The notes: generated by a model not told the origin, from the letters alone. A DNA stretch of 63,932 bases, filler included, from Licmophora abbreviata (GCA_900291995.1; 22 parts of 22 records of this genome joined end to end with filler, not necessarily neighbours in it); one strand, 5' to 3'. Positions 31,796 through 42,512 are shown, counted from the first letter of the whole stretch. Numbers and translations are program-made.

Positions 31796-34644
31796 ATGGC
31801 TAAAGACTTTGCGGAACTCAACCGCTTGGAAAACGAGGCTGGTATTCAGGCACCTGAAGCCGGCACGAAAGAACAACTTGTCAACAAATTCGTTAAGGCA
31901 TGGGAAAACGAAACAGCACGGCGTGCTGTGAAAGGCGGTACTGGCCTTTCCATGGCACTGACACTGGCTGCCTGTGGCTCGGATAGCGGTGGTGGATTTG
32001 CTTTTGCACCGTCCACTCAGGGCCCGGCTCCGACTGGTGAGACGATTGCTCTGACGCCAGGCATTGATAACCTGGACGGTACGGCTGGAGATGACGTCTT
32101 TGATGCGTCTCCTATCCTGAATGACGCGCTGGCTTTGGTTGATACTCTCGGTGCTCTGGACGTAATCAACGGTGGCGACGGAACAGATACACTGAACGTG
32201 GTAGATACGAATAATTTCGTGGCTCCTGCCGGCGTTGACCTCAATTCAATTGAAATTGTGAATGTAAACGCTGCGGGCACAGTAACGTTTGACCTGTCAA
32301 CAGAGACAGACGTTCAGCAAATGAATGTCACAGGTATTGGTGGGCTTAATCTCGACGCTGGTGCTGCAACTGCAGTAGCGGCAACTTCCACTAACGTTGG
32401 TGGTGCAGCTGTACTGATAGATGGCGGAAGCACTGTCGACGTCACGGCTGCAGGTATCAACAACGGGACAATTACGGTCGGCGCGAATTCCGCTGCAAGC
32501 GGTGATGTTGTGGTGAATGCTACGGGCACATCAGGTACGTCTGCAATTGGCGCGATCAGCGTGACTGGCGGCGATACTGTGACCATCAATCAAACAGCGA
32601 GTAACGTCGTCAACACTACTACGACGCTTGGTGCTGTTACCGTAAATGGCGACGCGGCCACTACCGCAGTCACTGTGAATAATGCTTCTTCGGCAACCGT
32701 TTCAGCAACTGTTGCTGGGGTGACTGGAAATACTATTGTCATCGAAGATAACGACACCAACGCGGGAGTTGGTAACGATACTGACGCAGATACGATTACA
32801 TCTGTGACAATTTCGAATTTCACAGATGCAGATATCATTTCTTCGGCTCTGACAACGCTAAATGTTACCGGTGGCGGTGACGATGCGCCGGTGTCTGGTG
32901 GTATTGAGCTTATCGCAGATAGCTCGGTTTCGCCAGCAACTACGCTTGCCTTGAACAGCGCAGGCGGTGCAATGGGAGCCATCTTTGGCACGCAGGCAAA
33001 CGCCTATACAACGATCAATGTTGCTTCGTCGGCCGATACGACCATCGCAAACCTCACGGCTACTGCTCTTGAGACAATAAACTTCACCGGAGNNNNNNNN
33101 NNNNNNNNNNNNNNNNNNNNNNNNNNNNNNNNNNNNTTAATTAATTAANNNNNNNNNNNNNNNNNNNNNNNNNNNNNNNNNNNNNNNNNNNNGGAGCGGG
33201 CGATACAACACTGACGGTGAGTACTCTTGGTGGTGCGACAACTACTGATATCAACGTAACGGGTTCTGGCGGTGTTACATTGGGTTCCGTATTGGCAGAC
33301 GGCACGGACTTCGACGGCAATTCCGGTGATGATAGCATCATTGTTGGTAATACTACACAAGGCATCACGATGGGTGCTGGTAACGACACAGTGCAAGTTG
33401 ACGTCGCTGCGTTCGGTGCTGCCACTGCTTCTGTCGATGCCGGGACAGGTGCAGAGGATACTCTTGTAATGTCCGCTGCGAACGCCGTTACCGCATCTGC
33501 CACCGCAACTTTTGAGGCCGATATTTCGGGCTTTGAGATCCTCACGATTAACACGGCGTTTGCCGGTGGGGCGAATGCGACAGTTGACCTAGCGAATCTT
33601 GACGAAATAAACGCTGTTAACTTTGCCGGGGCAGCTGCAGGAGCAGGTGCGGCGTACACGTTTGATAATTTTGCCAATAATGGTACGCTGACGTACACTG
33701 GGACCATGGTGGAGGCAGCAGACGTTGTGAATGCCAATGTGGCAGGCGCTGCAATTGGGAGCCAGACGTTCAATGTTGGTATTGAGTCGGCTGCTGCGGT
33801 AAACACCGGAGCTCTGACAGTTGCCGATGTCGAGACGATTGTGATCGATGCTCCCGACGCTACGGCTACTGGGGGTGCTGCTGTTCGTCATACGGTTGAC
33901 TTGGATGCGGCTGCGGCAACATCACTGACTGTTTCGGGCAATAACGGTTTCATCATTGACACGGCTGGTAGCACTGCAATTACATCGTTTGACGCTTCGG
34001 GTGTCGTTGGTAACGGTGACGCTGATACAGCTGCGAATCTAGCTGTCACTTTCGCTTCGGGAAACACGACGGCGACTGCAGAAGTTTCAATCACCGGTGG
34101 TGAAGGCGATGACAACCTCACGGGTAACGCCTCTATTGACACTATTAGTGGTGGCGCTGGTGACGATACCATTAATGGTGGTGATAACTCTGACGTGCTT
34201 ACTGGTGGTGCTGGTGCTGACACGTTTGTGTTTGGTCCTGGCAGCTCTGGCGGTAATCCCACTGTTGCTGGAAACTTTGACGAGATCACCGACTTCAACA
34301 CTGGTGGAAGTGATGTAATTAGCTTGGGACTGGGACCTAATCTTACCATTGACGCTTCCTCTAACTCGGCTCCAATTGGAACTGCTGCAATCTCGAATGA
34401 GGGCATCGCTACCTTCAATGCGGCTGATAATCTCCTGTCTGAGCAAGTTATCGCCGTAGAAGATGCACTTGGTGGCGACATTGCCGGTGAATTTGCAGTC
34501 TTTGAGAACGAAAATGGAAACAGCTACGTTTTCGTAAGTGACAATGTTGCGGGCGTTGGTGCAGGTGACGTTCTCATTCAGCTTACCAGTGTAACAGGTC
34601 TTAGCGATACAACTCTGACTGGTGGTGACTTGACAATTGCATAA
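31796..34644 (+). CDS. RsaA-like S-layer / RTX surface protein with N-terminal lipobox leader, gap at 33093-33192
   Basis: AGGAG RBS at 31781; LTLAAC60; T/A/G/N/V-rich beta-helix repeats resembling Caulobacter RsaA; RTX nonapeptides GGEGDDNLT, GGAGDDTIN, GGDNSDVLT, GGAGADTFV near C-terminus. Confidence 0.8.
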
Positions 34645-34651
34645 GCCAATA

Positions 34652-34677
34652 AGGCCCCGCCGTTCGCGGCGGGGCCT
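34652..34677 (+). terminator. Perfect 11-bp stem hairpin with UUCG loop after S-layer gene
   Basis: AGGCCCCGCCG-TTCG-CGGCGGGGCCT; no U-tract. Confidence 0.7.
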
Positions 34678-34848
34678 CCCTGTCCCTCAAGCAGCGCCAA
34701 AAATTTCAAATCGCTCTTTGGCTCTGCGGCTTAACGAGTATCGCTGAAAATACGCTCCTTATGGTTACAGCGAAGAAGATCCTCAGGGCCTCCTGGGGGT
34801 CTTCTTTTGAACATGGTGCAACTGGATAAAAACTAGGAGAACCACAAC

Positions 34849-35091
34849 ATGGCGAATGCTGACCTCCCGGCTCCCAAAATCTCGATTGATGGTGCTGAGT
34901 ATGAGCTGAGTTCGTTGACTGAACAGGCACGAGCTCAGATGCAGAATATTCGCTTTTGCGAAGAACGTATCCGACAGCTGGAAAGTGAATGGGCCATCGC
35001 TGATACTGCTCGTCTGGCCTACAGCCAAGCCCTGATGTCTGAGTTGAACGCCAAAAAGGCCGTGTTGCATGATCAAGACATTGAAGATTGA
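34849..35091 (+). CDS. Small coiled-coil protein, paralogue 1 (DUF6447-like, by recall)
   Basis: AGGAG RBS; IDGAEYELSSLTEQARAQMQNIRF...TARLAYSQAL. Confidence 0.75.
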   Translation: MANADLPAPKISIDGAEYELSSLTEQARAQMQNIRFCEERIRQLESEWAIADTARLAYSQALMSELNAKKAVLHDQDIED

Positions 35092-35296
35092 TGATCAAGA
35101 ATATGATGTTTCGACGCTGAGCGAAACAGGTCGAGAAAACTTGGCGCAGTTCCAGCACGTGACGGCGCAGCTGCAAGAAGCTCAAAACTTTCATGCCGTT
35201 CTCAATAAAGCGCGTCACGCTTATATCGCCGACCTCAAAAACGAAATCGTCAAAGGTAAGAGCGGCGTTGATCTCAGCGCCCTGTTCGATGACTGA
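35069..35296 (+). CDS. Small coiled-coil protein, paralogue 2 (DUF6447-like)
   Basis: IDDQEYDVSTLSETGRENLAQFQH...KARHAYIADLK; overlaps paralogue 1. Confidence 0.72.
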   Translation: MIKTLKIDDQEYDVSTLSETGRENLAQFQHVTAQLQEAQNFHAVLNKARHAYIADLKNEIVKGKSGVDLSALFDD

Positions 35297-35314
35297 ACCG
35301 AAAAGGGAAACACG

Positions 35315-35521
35315 ATGCCAAAGATCACTGTAGACGGTACTGAATACAATACCGAAGACCTCACCGACAACGGCAAGGCACAATTGGCAAGCCTGCAGTT
35401 TCTGGAACAGCAGATGGCCAAGCTGAAAAGCGAGATTGCTGTCTATCAGACGGCCCGAAACGCATATGCACAGGCACTGAAGGCCGAGCTGGAAAAGGCG
35501 AGCCAGGGCGAGAATGCCTGA
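35315..35521 (+). CDS. Small coiled-coil protein, paralogue 3 (DUF6447-like)
   Basis: VDGTEYNTEDLTDNGKAQLASLQF...TARNAYAQALK. Confidence 0.78.
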   Translation: MPKITVDGTEYNTEDLTDNGKAQLASLQFLEQQMAKLKSEIAVYQTARNAYAQALKAELEKASQGENA

Positions 35522-35565
35522 TTGAGAATTCCCAGATTTGCAAATCAAACGGGTCAATCAAGGCT

Positions 35566-35682
35566 ATGGCAGAAAAAGCAGCAGTTATCGTAGCACTGAT
35601 CCTGATCTGCAGCATTGGCTTGGTGGTTGCTGAGCCACTCTTCATGCTTGGTGACCCCGTGGAATGGGATGAGATAAACTGA
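35566..35682 (+). CDS. 38-aa single-pass membrane microprotein (absent from ORF track)
   Basis: MAEKAAVIVALILICSIGLVVAEPLFMLGDPVEWDEIN*; stop overlaps next start (TGATG). Confidence 0.55.
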   Translation: MAEKAAVIVALILICSIGLVVAEPLFMLGDPVEWDEIN

Positions 35683-36086
35683 TGTGCTGGCTTGGCCAAA
35701 TCTTGCGATTCCTGCTTCTGCTGTCGTCACGTGTGGTGCTGATCGGTGGCGTGATATGTGGCGCAGCAGCAGCGTGGGGTTATTACGGCTATCAGCGCAT
35801 CGGCTGTCATCCCATGTTCTCGTCGGCCAACATCGAATGCGGTACTGTGCAGGTCATGTCAGCTGAGCATTCCCTGGCCATGGTGCGTATGTTCGCGCCT
35901 TACCAACAGCAGCTCAGAGACAATCAAACCGAGCTGATGCTGTATGCCGGTGCAGTAATCATATGGGCGATTTTGATTGAATTGGTGTTTGGCGCCTTCG
36001 CGATCATGCGTCGACGCAGGCACAAACGCGATCTTTTCAAAGGCGCTACGCATATCAAAGCCGAAGAAAGCACTGAGCCGCTATGA
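35682..36086 (+). CDS. Two-TM hypothetical membrane protein
   Basis: Two hydrophobic segments, loop with Cys pair, RRRRHKR after TM2; ATGA overlap with lspA homologue. Confidence 0.65.
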   Translation: MCWLGQILRFLLLLSSRVVLIGGVICGAAAAWGYYGYQRIGCHPMFSSANIECGTVQVMSAEHSLAMVRMFAPYQQQLRDNQTELMLYAGAVIIWAILIELVFGAFAIMRRRRHKRDLFKGATHIKAEESTEPL

Positions 36087-36556
36087 GCAGTGAGAAAGAC
36101 CCGATCCCGGTTTTTGTCTTAACCGTAGCCACGATTTTCATATTTCTGCTGTGCCAGATCATCACCTGGTACCTGACTGCACATGCGGATTTGCCGATAC
36201 AGGTCTTTTCCACGACTTTGTTGGAACTCAATCTCGTGCATTCGGAAAATCGCGGCGTGAACTTTGGATTGATGGCCGGCGACGACCGCAGCAATCAATT
36301 CATCTTGGCCGGTATCGCCATTGTGGTCGGTGTCGTGATGGCCACGATCCTGCTTGGGAAGCGGCGTTTGTCGCATGCAGTTGCTGGTGGCATGATTCTC
36401 GGCGGTGCGATGTCCAACGTGATGGATCGACTGACGTTTGGATATGTGTTCGACTACATCAATACCCCGTTTCTGGGCATGACCAACCCGTTCAGCTACA
36501 ACATAGCCGACATCTTTATAGTGCTGCCCATCATTTGGTGGGTGTTCAAGTCATGA
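36083..36556 (+). CDS. lspA: Lipoprotein signal peptidase II homologue (island-encoded)
   Basis: NRGVNFG, GGAMSNVMDRLTFGYVFDY, YNIADIFI; both catalytic Asp positions present; four TM segments. Confidence 0.85.
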   Translation: MSSEKDPIPVFVLTVATIFIFLLCQIITWYLTAHADLPIQVFSTTLLELNLVHSENRGVNFGLMAGDDRSNQFILAGIAIVVGVVMATILLGKRRLSHAVAGGMILGGAMSNVMDRLTFGYVFDYINTPFLGMTNPFSYNIADIFIVLPIIWWVFKS

Positions 36557-36788
36557 GAACACAGACCGCATGATCAGTATTTGATCCCGCATCACTATAC
36601 TGGCAGGCTCTTTGCGTCAAAAAAACTGGCCTGCTGAACCGTTCGTCAAAATAACCGCGAAATCCCCGCACACAGCACGTCAATGACGTTGGCCACTACA
36701 TGACATGCTGAGCGGCATGGTCCAGGCATAGCATGGTGCCGACAGCGTGTGTTTGACGCTGAACACATCCCGAAGCTCACGGCCCCAA

Positions 36789-37193
36789 TCAAGTTGAGGT
36801 ATTTGAGCGCACCGCTGACGGGATGGGTGTAACGGGCACAGTGACGCTTGATCCGATCCAATTGAGGTGTTCCTCAAGCTCGTCTCGGAGTTGATCGCTC
36901 AGTTTGAGCGTCTTGCGACTTTTCTTGGTGGAGTTCACCACAACCAGGGAGCCTTCAGCGATCCGGTCCCGGATAAAGTTTTGCATTGTGAGATTTGTAC
37001 GCCTGTTCGATCTTACACGAGCAACGTAGTCTCCAATCCCGTAATCGGGATCGCCGTCACACGTATAAATCACAAGAAGCAGTTCCCAATACTCGACAAC
37101 GTGGGTGTATTTATACAGGAACGTGGTTTTTTTCCTGCTCGCTAGGCGCTGCAGTTCGCGTCTCGCCATGATTTTTGTGAAACACTTTCCCAT
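36789..37193 (-). CDS. Hypothetical protein, possible winged-helix DNA-binding
   Basis: 134-aa ORF; helix TMQNFIRDRIAEG then wing-like LVVVNSTKKSRKTLKLS. Confidence 0.5.
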   Translation of the reverse strand: MGKCFTKIMARRELQRLASRKKTTFLYKYTHVVEYWELLLVIYTCDGDPDYGIGDYVARVRSNRRTNLTMQNFIRDRIAEGSLVVVNSTKKSRKTLKLSDQLRDELEEHLNWIGSSVTVPVTPIPSAVRSNTST

Positions 37194-37427
37194 ATATGTT
37201 TAATACCAAAAATGGGACTAAGTCTCCAAGTTCTCATTCACATAATTTACCTATAATTTTCATATAAATCAGGGACTTCCAGCTTAGTGGTGTAAATCGA
37301 AAGTGAATTTTTCTACTCCATAAAAATATTAATTTGAGTAATTGGATACTCGTTTCACGATGTTAGTAGAAATTAATCTCGGTGTATGATCTCGAGTCTC
37401 ATATGGCACTGCATTGTCACGATAGTT

Positions 37428-37474
37428 TGCAGTGCTCCCCAACCTTGGACCGCCGGAAGCTGGGTTTTTCCGGG
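37428..37474 (+). repeat. 47-bp inverted repeat, left copy (IS3-family-like end)
   Basis: TGCAGTGCTCCCCAACCTTGGACCGCCGGAAGCTGGGTTTTTCCGGG, exact reverse complement of 43856-43902. Confidence 0.93.
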
Positions 37475-37531
37475 TCTTTCACGATGACGGGCTGGTGACG
37501 CCATCGGCATAATGCATTTTTTCGGCGCGTT

Positions 37532-37878
37532 GAGCCAGGTCACGTCTTTCGCCTGGACGGACCGGTTGCGCCGGACCGGCATGGGCATCTTGATGGTGCG
37601 AAGGGCGCTTGCTCGACAATATCCTCATCGTGCGGCTGTGACGGAGGCTAAAATACGGATGCGTCTACCTGCATGCTTGGGAACCCGGCTCAGAGGCAAA
37701 GGCAGGCATCCGAAAATGGATGACCGTCGACAATCGCCAACGCCCACACTCAGCCCTCGGCGGCAGGCCACCCATCTTGGACTTCTGGCTGAGAAGTGAA
37801 ACAACTAGCCTTGGTCAGCTGTTGCAGAGAGTAGCGTAATTTACGCTAGATCCTGTCCAGCCGATGGGGAGTGGCTTA
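37532..37878 (+). pseudogene. Degenerate IS3-family transposase 3' fragment with its right end
   Basis: SQVTSFAWTDRLRR, then after frameshifts/stop LKYGCVYLHAWEPGSEAKAGIRKW...RPHSALGGRPP...QRVA*; followed by CTGTCC...TGGGGAGTGGCTTA end. Confidence 0.85.
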
Positions 37879-38001
37879 TCTCCTTGATGCTGCGGGAAAT
37901 ATAACCTTTCTGGACAGTTTATTATGCTGTTCAACAGCGCCGTATTTACAAATGAAACAATTTGATCCATATTTTGAGACGAGATTACTTGGGAACGTTT
38001 G

Positions 38002-38357
38002 ATGGCCTATGACGCTCTAATCACCCTTCGTCACCTGCGCTGCGCCATGAAACACGTCGCAAATCAAATGGGTTTATCGGATTTAAATGAAGCTGAGTTG
38101 GATGCTTTGTCTGCCATAGGGGATCTTGCTGAAAAAGCGCTGACGTTCCAAGCTTGTCAAGTTGCTGAGCACGAGAGCATGTGCGGAGTGTCGCGCACTT
38201 CAAAATATCGAGCAGTAAAGTCCCTGGAGGATAGGGGTGTCATTGCACGTGTTTGCCTAAACGGGAAACGTGTGCTGACTTTGAATCCAGACTTTTTCGC
38301 TCCTACTTCCCGCAACTGGGATGCAGATAAATCAATGAGCCCAGACAAAACGCTTTC
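38002..38357 (+). CDS. MarR-like winged-helix regulator, runs into gap
   Basis: GLSDLNEAELDAL...VSRTSKYRAVKSLEDRGVI. Confidence 0.6.
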
Positions 38358-38758
38358 NNNNNNNNNNNNNNNNNNNNNNNNNNNNNNNNNNNNNNNNNNN
38401 NTTAATTAATTAANNNNNNNNNNNNNNNNNNNNNNNNNNNNNNNNNNNNNNNNNNNNGATGCGGGCTTGAGCAGTGATTTTCCAGGCTGACGGCGCTGAG
38501 CCGTTTCAGGCCTCCAACACTTGGCTCAGTATCTGGGCAACCAATGGAGCAGGATCATTGGAGGCATCATATAGGCCGGGTTCGTGTCTGCGTCAGGCGC
38601 TTGGGTTTTGTGTCTTCTCATGCTCGATGGTGGCGCGGAGCGCCATCACACAAACCGCCCGACTTGCCCGTTGGTCTTGTCTTGGCGCGGTCGCTGATCG
38701 GCAGTCGCGCGTTGACGGGGCATGGCGGAACCTTTCTCTTCCGAGCGGAGTTCATTGC

Positions 38759-40111
38759 ATGGACCACCGTCATTATGTGCTTTTGTTGGGGGTATTTGTT
38801 CTCTCGGCATGTGCGAAAACGTCGCCTCAGCTGGACCATCTGGATGATGAGATCGTGGTCCGGTTGGCTGCCGGTGACATGCTGGCCCAACAGGCGGAAA
38901 CGCTGGATACGCGTGTCGATGTAAGCAAGGGATTCAAGGCCGCGCTGCTGGAGGCTCTTGAGGAAAATCCCGGGTACCGGGCAGCCGTCAAGCTGGAGGA
39001 AGAGGCCGCGGCATCGATCGATGTTGCCGCAAGCGGTCAGCGTCCACAGATCACGAGTGACTCCACGCTTGGAGCAATCTATGAGGGCGATCCCGTCTCG
39101 GACACGACAGCGGGCATTGCGGGCGGGCTGACCCTGTCGCAGTTGCTCTATGATGGTGGTGCCACTCTCGGCTCGATCAATCGCGCGACGGCAGACGCGG
39201 TTGCCGCGCGTGCCGAGCGTTTGGATCGAGGAAATGCAATTGTTCTTGAGTCGGCTCGCGCCTGGGTTGATGTCTGGCAATATCATCAGCGTTTGGTTTG
39301 GCTAACCACCAAGACGTCTGAAATGGATGGGGTTGTCTCACAGATCGAGCGGATGGCATCGAATGGCATGCTCGATCGGGCATCGCTGGATAGCGCGAAG
39401 CGTCAAATCGTAGACATCGCACTTGAACGCGCGACATTGGAAAGCCAACTCGGTGATGCAAAGTCACGATTTGAGCGATACTTCGGCGGGACGCCCGGAT
39501 CTGTAGAAAATCCAGCAAAGATCATGACTGGCCAGGCGGCGCGTCTTAGGGCAACGGATTGGAAGACAGCGCCGCGTCTACGACGCAGTGCGGCAGAACT
39601 TGTGTCGGCGCAAGGTGCGCTGGCAGAGGCTGAAGCCGCATTCAAACCCCGCGTGAGTTTGCAGACGGGCGTCATGTCGCCAATGAACAGCGATGATACA
39701 ACGGATGTGACCGCTGGCTTTCGAGTCGAATATACCTTTGGTGACGGTGGCCGCCGAAAAGCTCGGCTCGAGGCAGCCAGAGCCCGCGTGGATGCGCTTG
39801 AGGCCAAGCTTGCGGATGACCAACGTGATGCAGAATCTCAAATGGGGGCCGCGCTCGATCGTTTGACGTCGATTGAACGGTCGATGCCTCTCTTGAAGCA
39901 GAAGATCGCCTTGAGCGCCTCGGAGGCCAAAACGGCACGGTCGCAGATCGCTACGGGTCAATCCAACTTACGAAACTTGGTGGAAGCGGAGGTAGAGAAT
40001 TACCGGGCTCGTGACCAGGAGATACGCATGCAAGCGGAACTCCGTCTTTTGTTGCTGGAAATTGCTGCACGCTCAGGGATGCTTACAAAACTCATTGGGG
40101 CCTCGGATTGA
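38759..40111 (+). CDS. TolC-family outer membrane protein of island T1SS (lipoprotein)
   Basis: Lipobox VLSAC, QLLYDGG, FKPRVSL; upstream of ABC and HlyD genes. Confidence 0.87.
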   Translation: MDHRHYVLLLGVFVLSACAKTSPQLDHLDDEIVVRLAAGDMLAQQAETLDTRVDVSKGFKAALLEALEENPGYRAAVKLEEEAAASIDVAASGQRPQITSDSTLGAIYEGDPVSDTTAGIAGGLTLSQLLYDGGATLGSINRATADAVAARAERLDRGNAIVLESARAWVDVWQYHQRLVWLTTKTSEMDGVVSQIERMASNGMLDRASLDSAKRQIVDIALERATLESQLGDAKSRFERYFGGTPGSVENPAKIMTGQAARLRATDWKTAPRLRRSAAELVSAQGALAEAEAAFKPRVSLQTGVMSPMNSDDTTDVTAGFRVEYTFGDGGRRKARLEAARARVDALEAKLADDQRDAESQMGAALDRLTSIERSMPLLKQKIALSASEAKTARSQIATGQSNLRNLVEAEVENYRARDQEIRMQAELRLLLLEIAARSGMLTKLIGASD

Positions 40112-40164
40112 GGCGGCCCACCTTTTGTTGAGTGCGCGTGAACCTAACAGGAGGTGGAAAGACC

Positions 40165-42505
40165 TTGTCCTCAAAGACCATTGAAATTCTGCGTGGTGAC
40201 GCCGAAGGCACACGAGCAGAAGGCACGGAAGTTAAGGACGTTGAGAGCTGTCCGATAGATTCCAAGGCCGAGCACGAGATATCCGGAGAAATCCCACAGG
40301 AGTTGCGCGGCCACCTGCAGCAAGGCGAGCTACTTGTTCTGTGTGTGCAGCACATCTTGTCTCATTCGGGAATGGCATTTTCCGAAGGCGCGGTGCGTGA
40401 TTTGCCCGAATTGACAAGTGAAGTCTTTGATCCGCAGGCGGCAGTGTCCGCACTGATGCATGTTGGTTTCGACGCAAATTTCGGTGAAATGCCTGTTCAA
40501 AAGTTGCGCGAGGGACACTTGCCCGCGATCGGCTTTACCAAGGCGGGCGAGCCGTTGGTGATCCGCAGTGTTGCATCTTCCGGCAAAGCTGAGCTTTGGG
40601 ACCCGCAAACCTCAGAAGTCCATTCTGTGGCGACAAAGGAACTGACGAACCAGCTGATACCCTATTTTGTCTTGGCGCGTCCGCGGCACAAGGCAACAAT
40701 AAAACGCGTCAAGAACGATTGGTTCTGGGGGTCGTTCGCACAAAGCAAATGGCTGTACCTGCAAGTCATAGCCGCGGCAGGATTGACCAACTTCCTGGGG
40801 CTGTCGACGTCTCTCTTCATCATGGTCGTCTATGACAGGGTGGTGCCGAACGAGGCAATGGAATCTCTGATTGCTTTGACAATCGGTGTGCTCCTGGCCT
40901 TGAGTTTCGATTTTATCATCAAGACATTGCGTGCGCAGTTTGTCGACCGGGCCGGCAAGCGCGCCGATCTGAGAATGTCGCGGTTGATATTCGATAAGAT
41001 CCTGAACATGCGGCTTGATCGACAGCGGCGCAAGGCTGGTGCGTTGGCCAGCATCGTCAGAGAATTCGACACGTTGCGCGAGTTTTTTACCTCTGCAACT
41101 CTGGTCGCGATCGTCGATCTGCCGTTCATCTTCTTCTTTATTTGGGTCATTTCCCTTATTGCAGGGCCTTTGGCACTGGTGCCGCTTATTGCCGTGCCGT
41201 TGGTGATTTTGAGTGGCTTGGTGATACAGCCGTTTCTGGCACGGATCTCTGAAGGATCCCTCGAAAGCAATATGTCCAAGCAGGCTGTACTGGTTGAAAC
41301 GCTGAATGGGTTGGAAACTGTTCAAGCCACAGGGTCTGGCAGATTGATGCGCAAACGCTTCGAAGAGGCGGCCAGTGCGCAATCCGATCTTGGCCTGAAA
41401 AACCGCATGTTGTCGCAGTTTGCCATAAACGCGGCCGCGTCCATTCAGCAGCTCGCGCAAGTCGCAACAATCTTCTACGGCGTGTTTCTTATCCAAGACG
41501 GTACGATCACGATGGGGGCCTTGATCGCTGCAGTGATCCTGGGCGGTAGAACTCTTGCTCCACTATCACAATTGGCGTCTGCAATGTCTCGTGCCAATGG
41601 CGCACGCCAGGCGTTCCGGTCTTTGTCTGACGTCATGCAAGAAGATGAGGGTGACTTGGCGGCAGACCAGCCGCGTTTGAGCCGACCACATCTCAGTGGA
41701 GACGTCGAATTCAAAAATGTCTCTTACACGTTCCCTGGTGCGAAAGAACCTGTCATTCGGAATTTGTCGCTGAAAATTCCTGCCGGACAGAAAGTTGCGA
41801 TTCTGGGCAAGATGGGATCTGGCAAATCTACTTTGGCGCGGTTGATCTCAGGGTTAGCAGAGCCGTCTGAAGGAGCTGTCATGCTTGATGGTGTGGATTT
41901 ACGCCAGATTGACAGATCTGACGTCCGGCGAAACCTTGGGGTGATGCTTCAGGAAACATGGCTGTTTTCAGGATCCGTCAAGGAAAATCTCCAGATGGGT
42001 TTCTTCGAGTATGATGATGCGCACCTTTTGAAGATTGCTGAAGTGTCCGGGGTCGACGATTTTGTGGCGAGGCACCCACAAGGCTATGACATGCAACTCA
42101 AGGAGCGCGGTGAGGGGTTATCCGGNNNNNNNNNNNNNNNNNNNNNNNNNNNNNNNNNNNNNNNNNNNNTTAATTAATTAANNNNNNNNNNNNNNNNNNN
42201 NNNNNNNNNNNNNNNNNNNNNNNNNCGGTGAGGGGTTATCCGGGGGGCAGCGTCAATCCATCAATCTTGCGCGGGCGCTTTTGCATGATCCCAATTTGCT
42301 TGTGCTGGATGAACCTACCAGTTCGATGGATACAGGCACTGAAAAAGCCGTTCTCGAACGCCTGAAAGCTTGGTCGGCCGATCGCACGCTGGTGATGATC
42401 ACTCATCGCAACAGTCTTTTGGAGCTGGCGGACCGGGTTCTGGTTCTCGACAAGGGGATCGTGCTTGCAGACACGACACCCGAAAAGATCAAAGCGGGGC
42501 GGTAG
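40165..42505 (+). CDS. T1SS ABC transporter, gap at 42126-42225 (flanks overlap by 18 bp)
   Basis: GGAGG RBS before TTG; WFWG, VYDRVVPN, GKMGSGKS, LSGGQRQ, VLDEPTS. Confidence 0.9.
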
Positions 42506-42512
42506 GAGAACA

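Noticed and set aside
42108..42243. 18-bp direct repeat CGGTGAGGGGTTATCCGG either side of a gap
   Set aside because: Contig-end overlap; merging the copies restores LSGGQRQ of the ABC signature.
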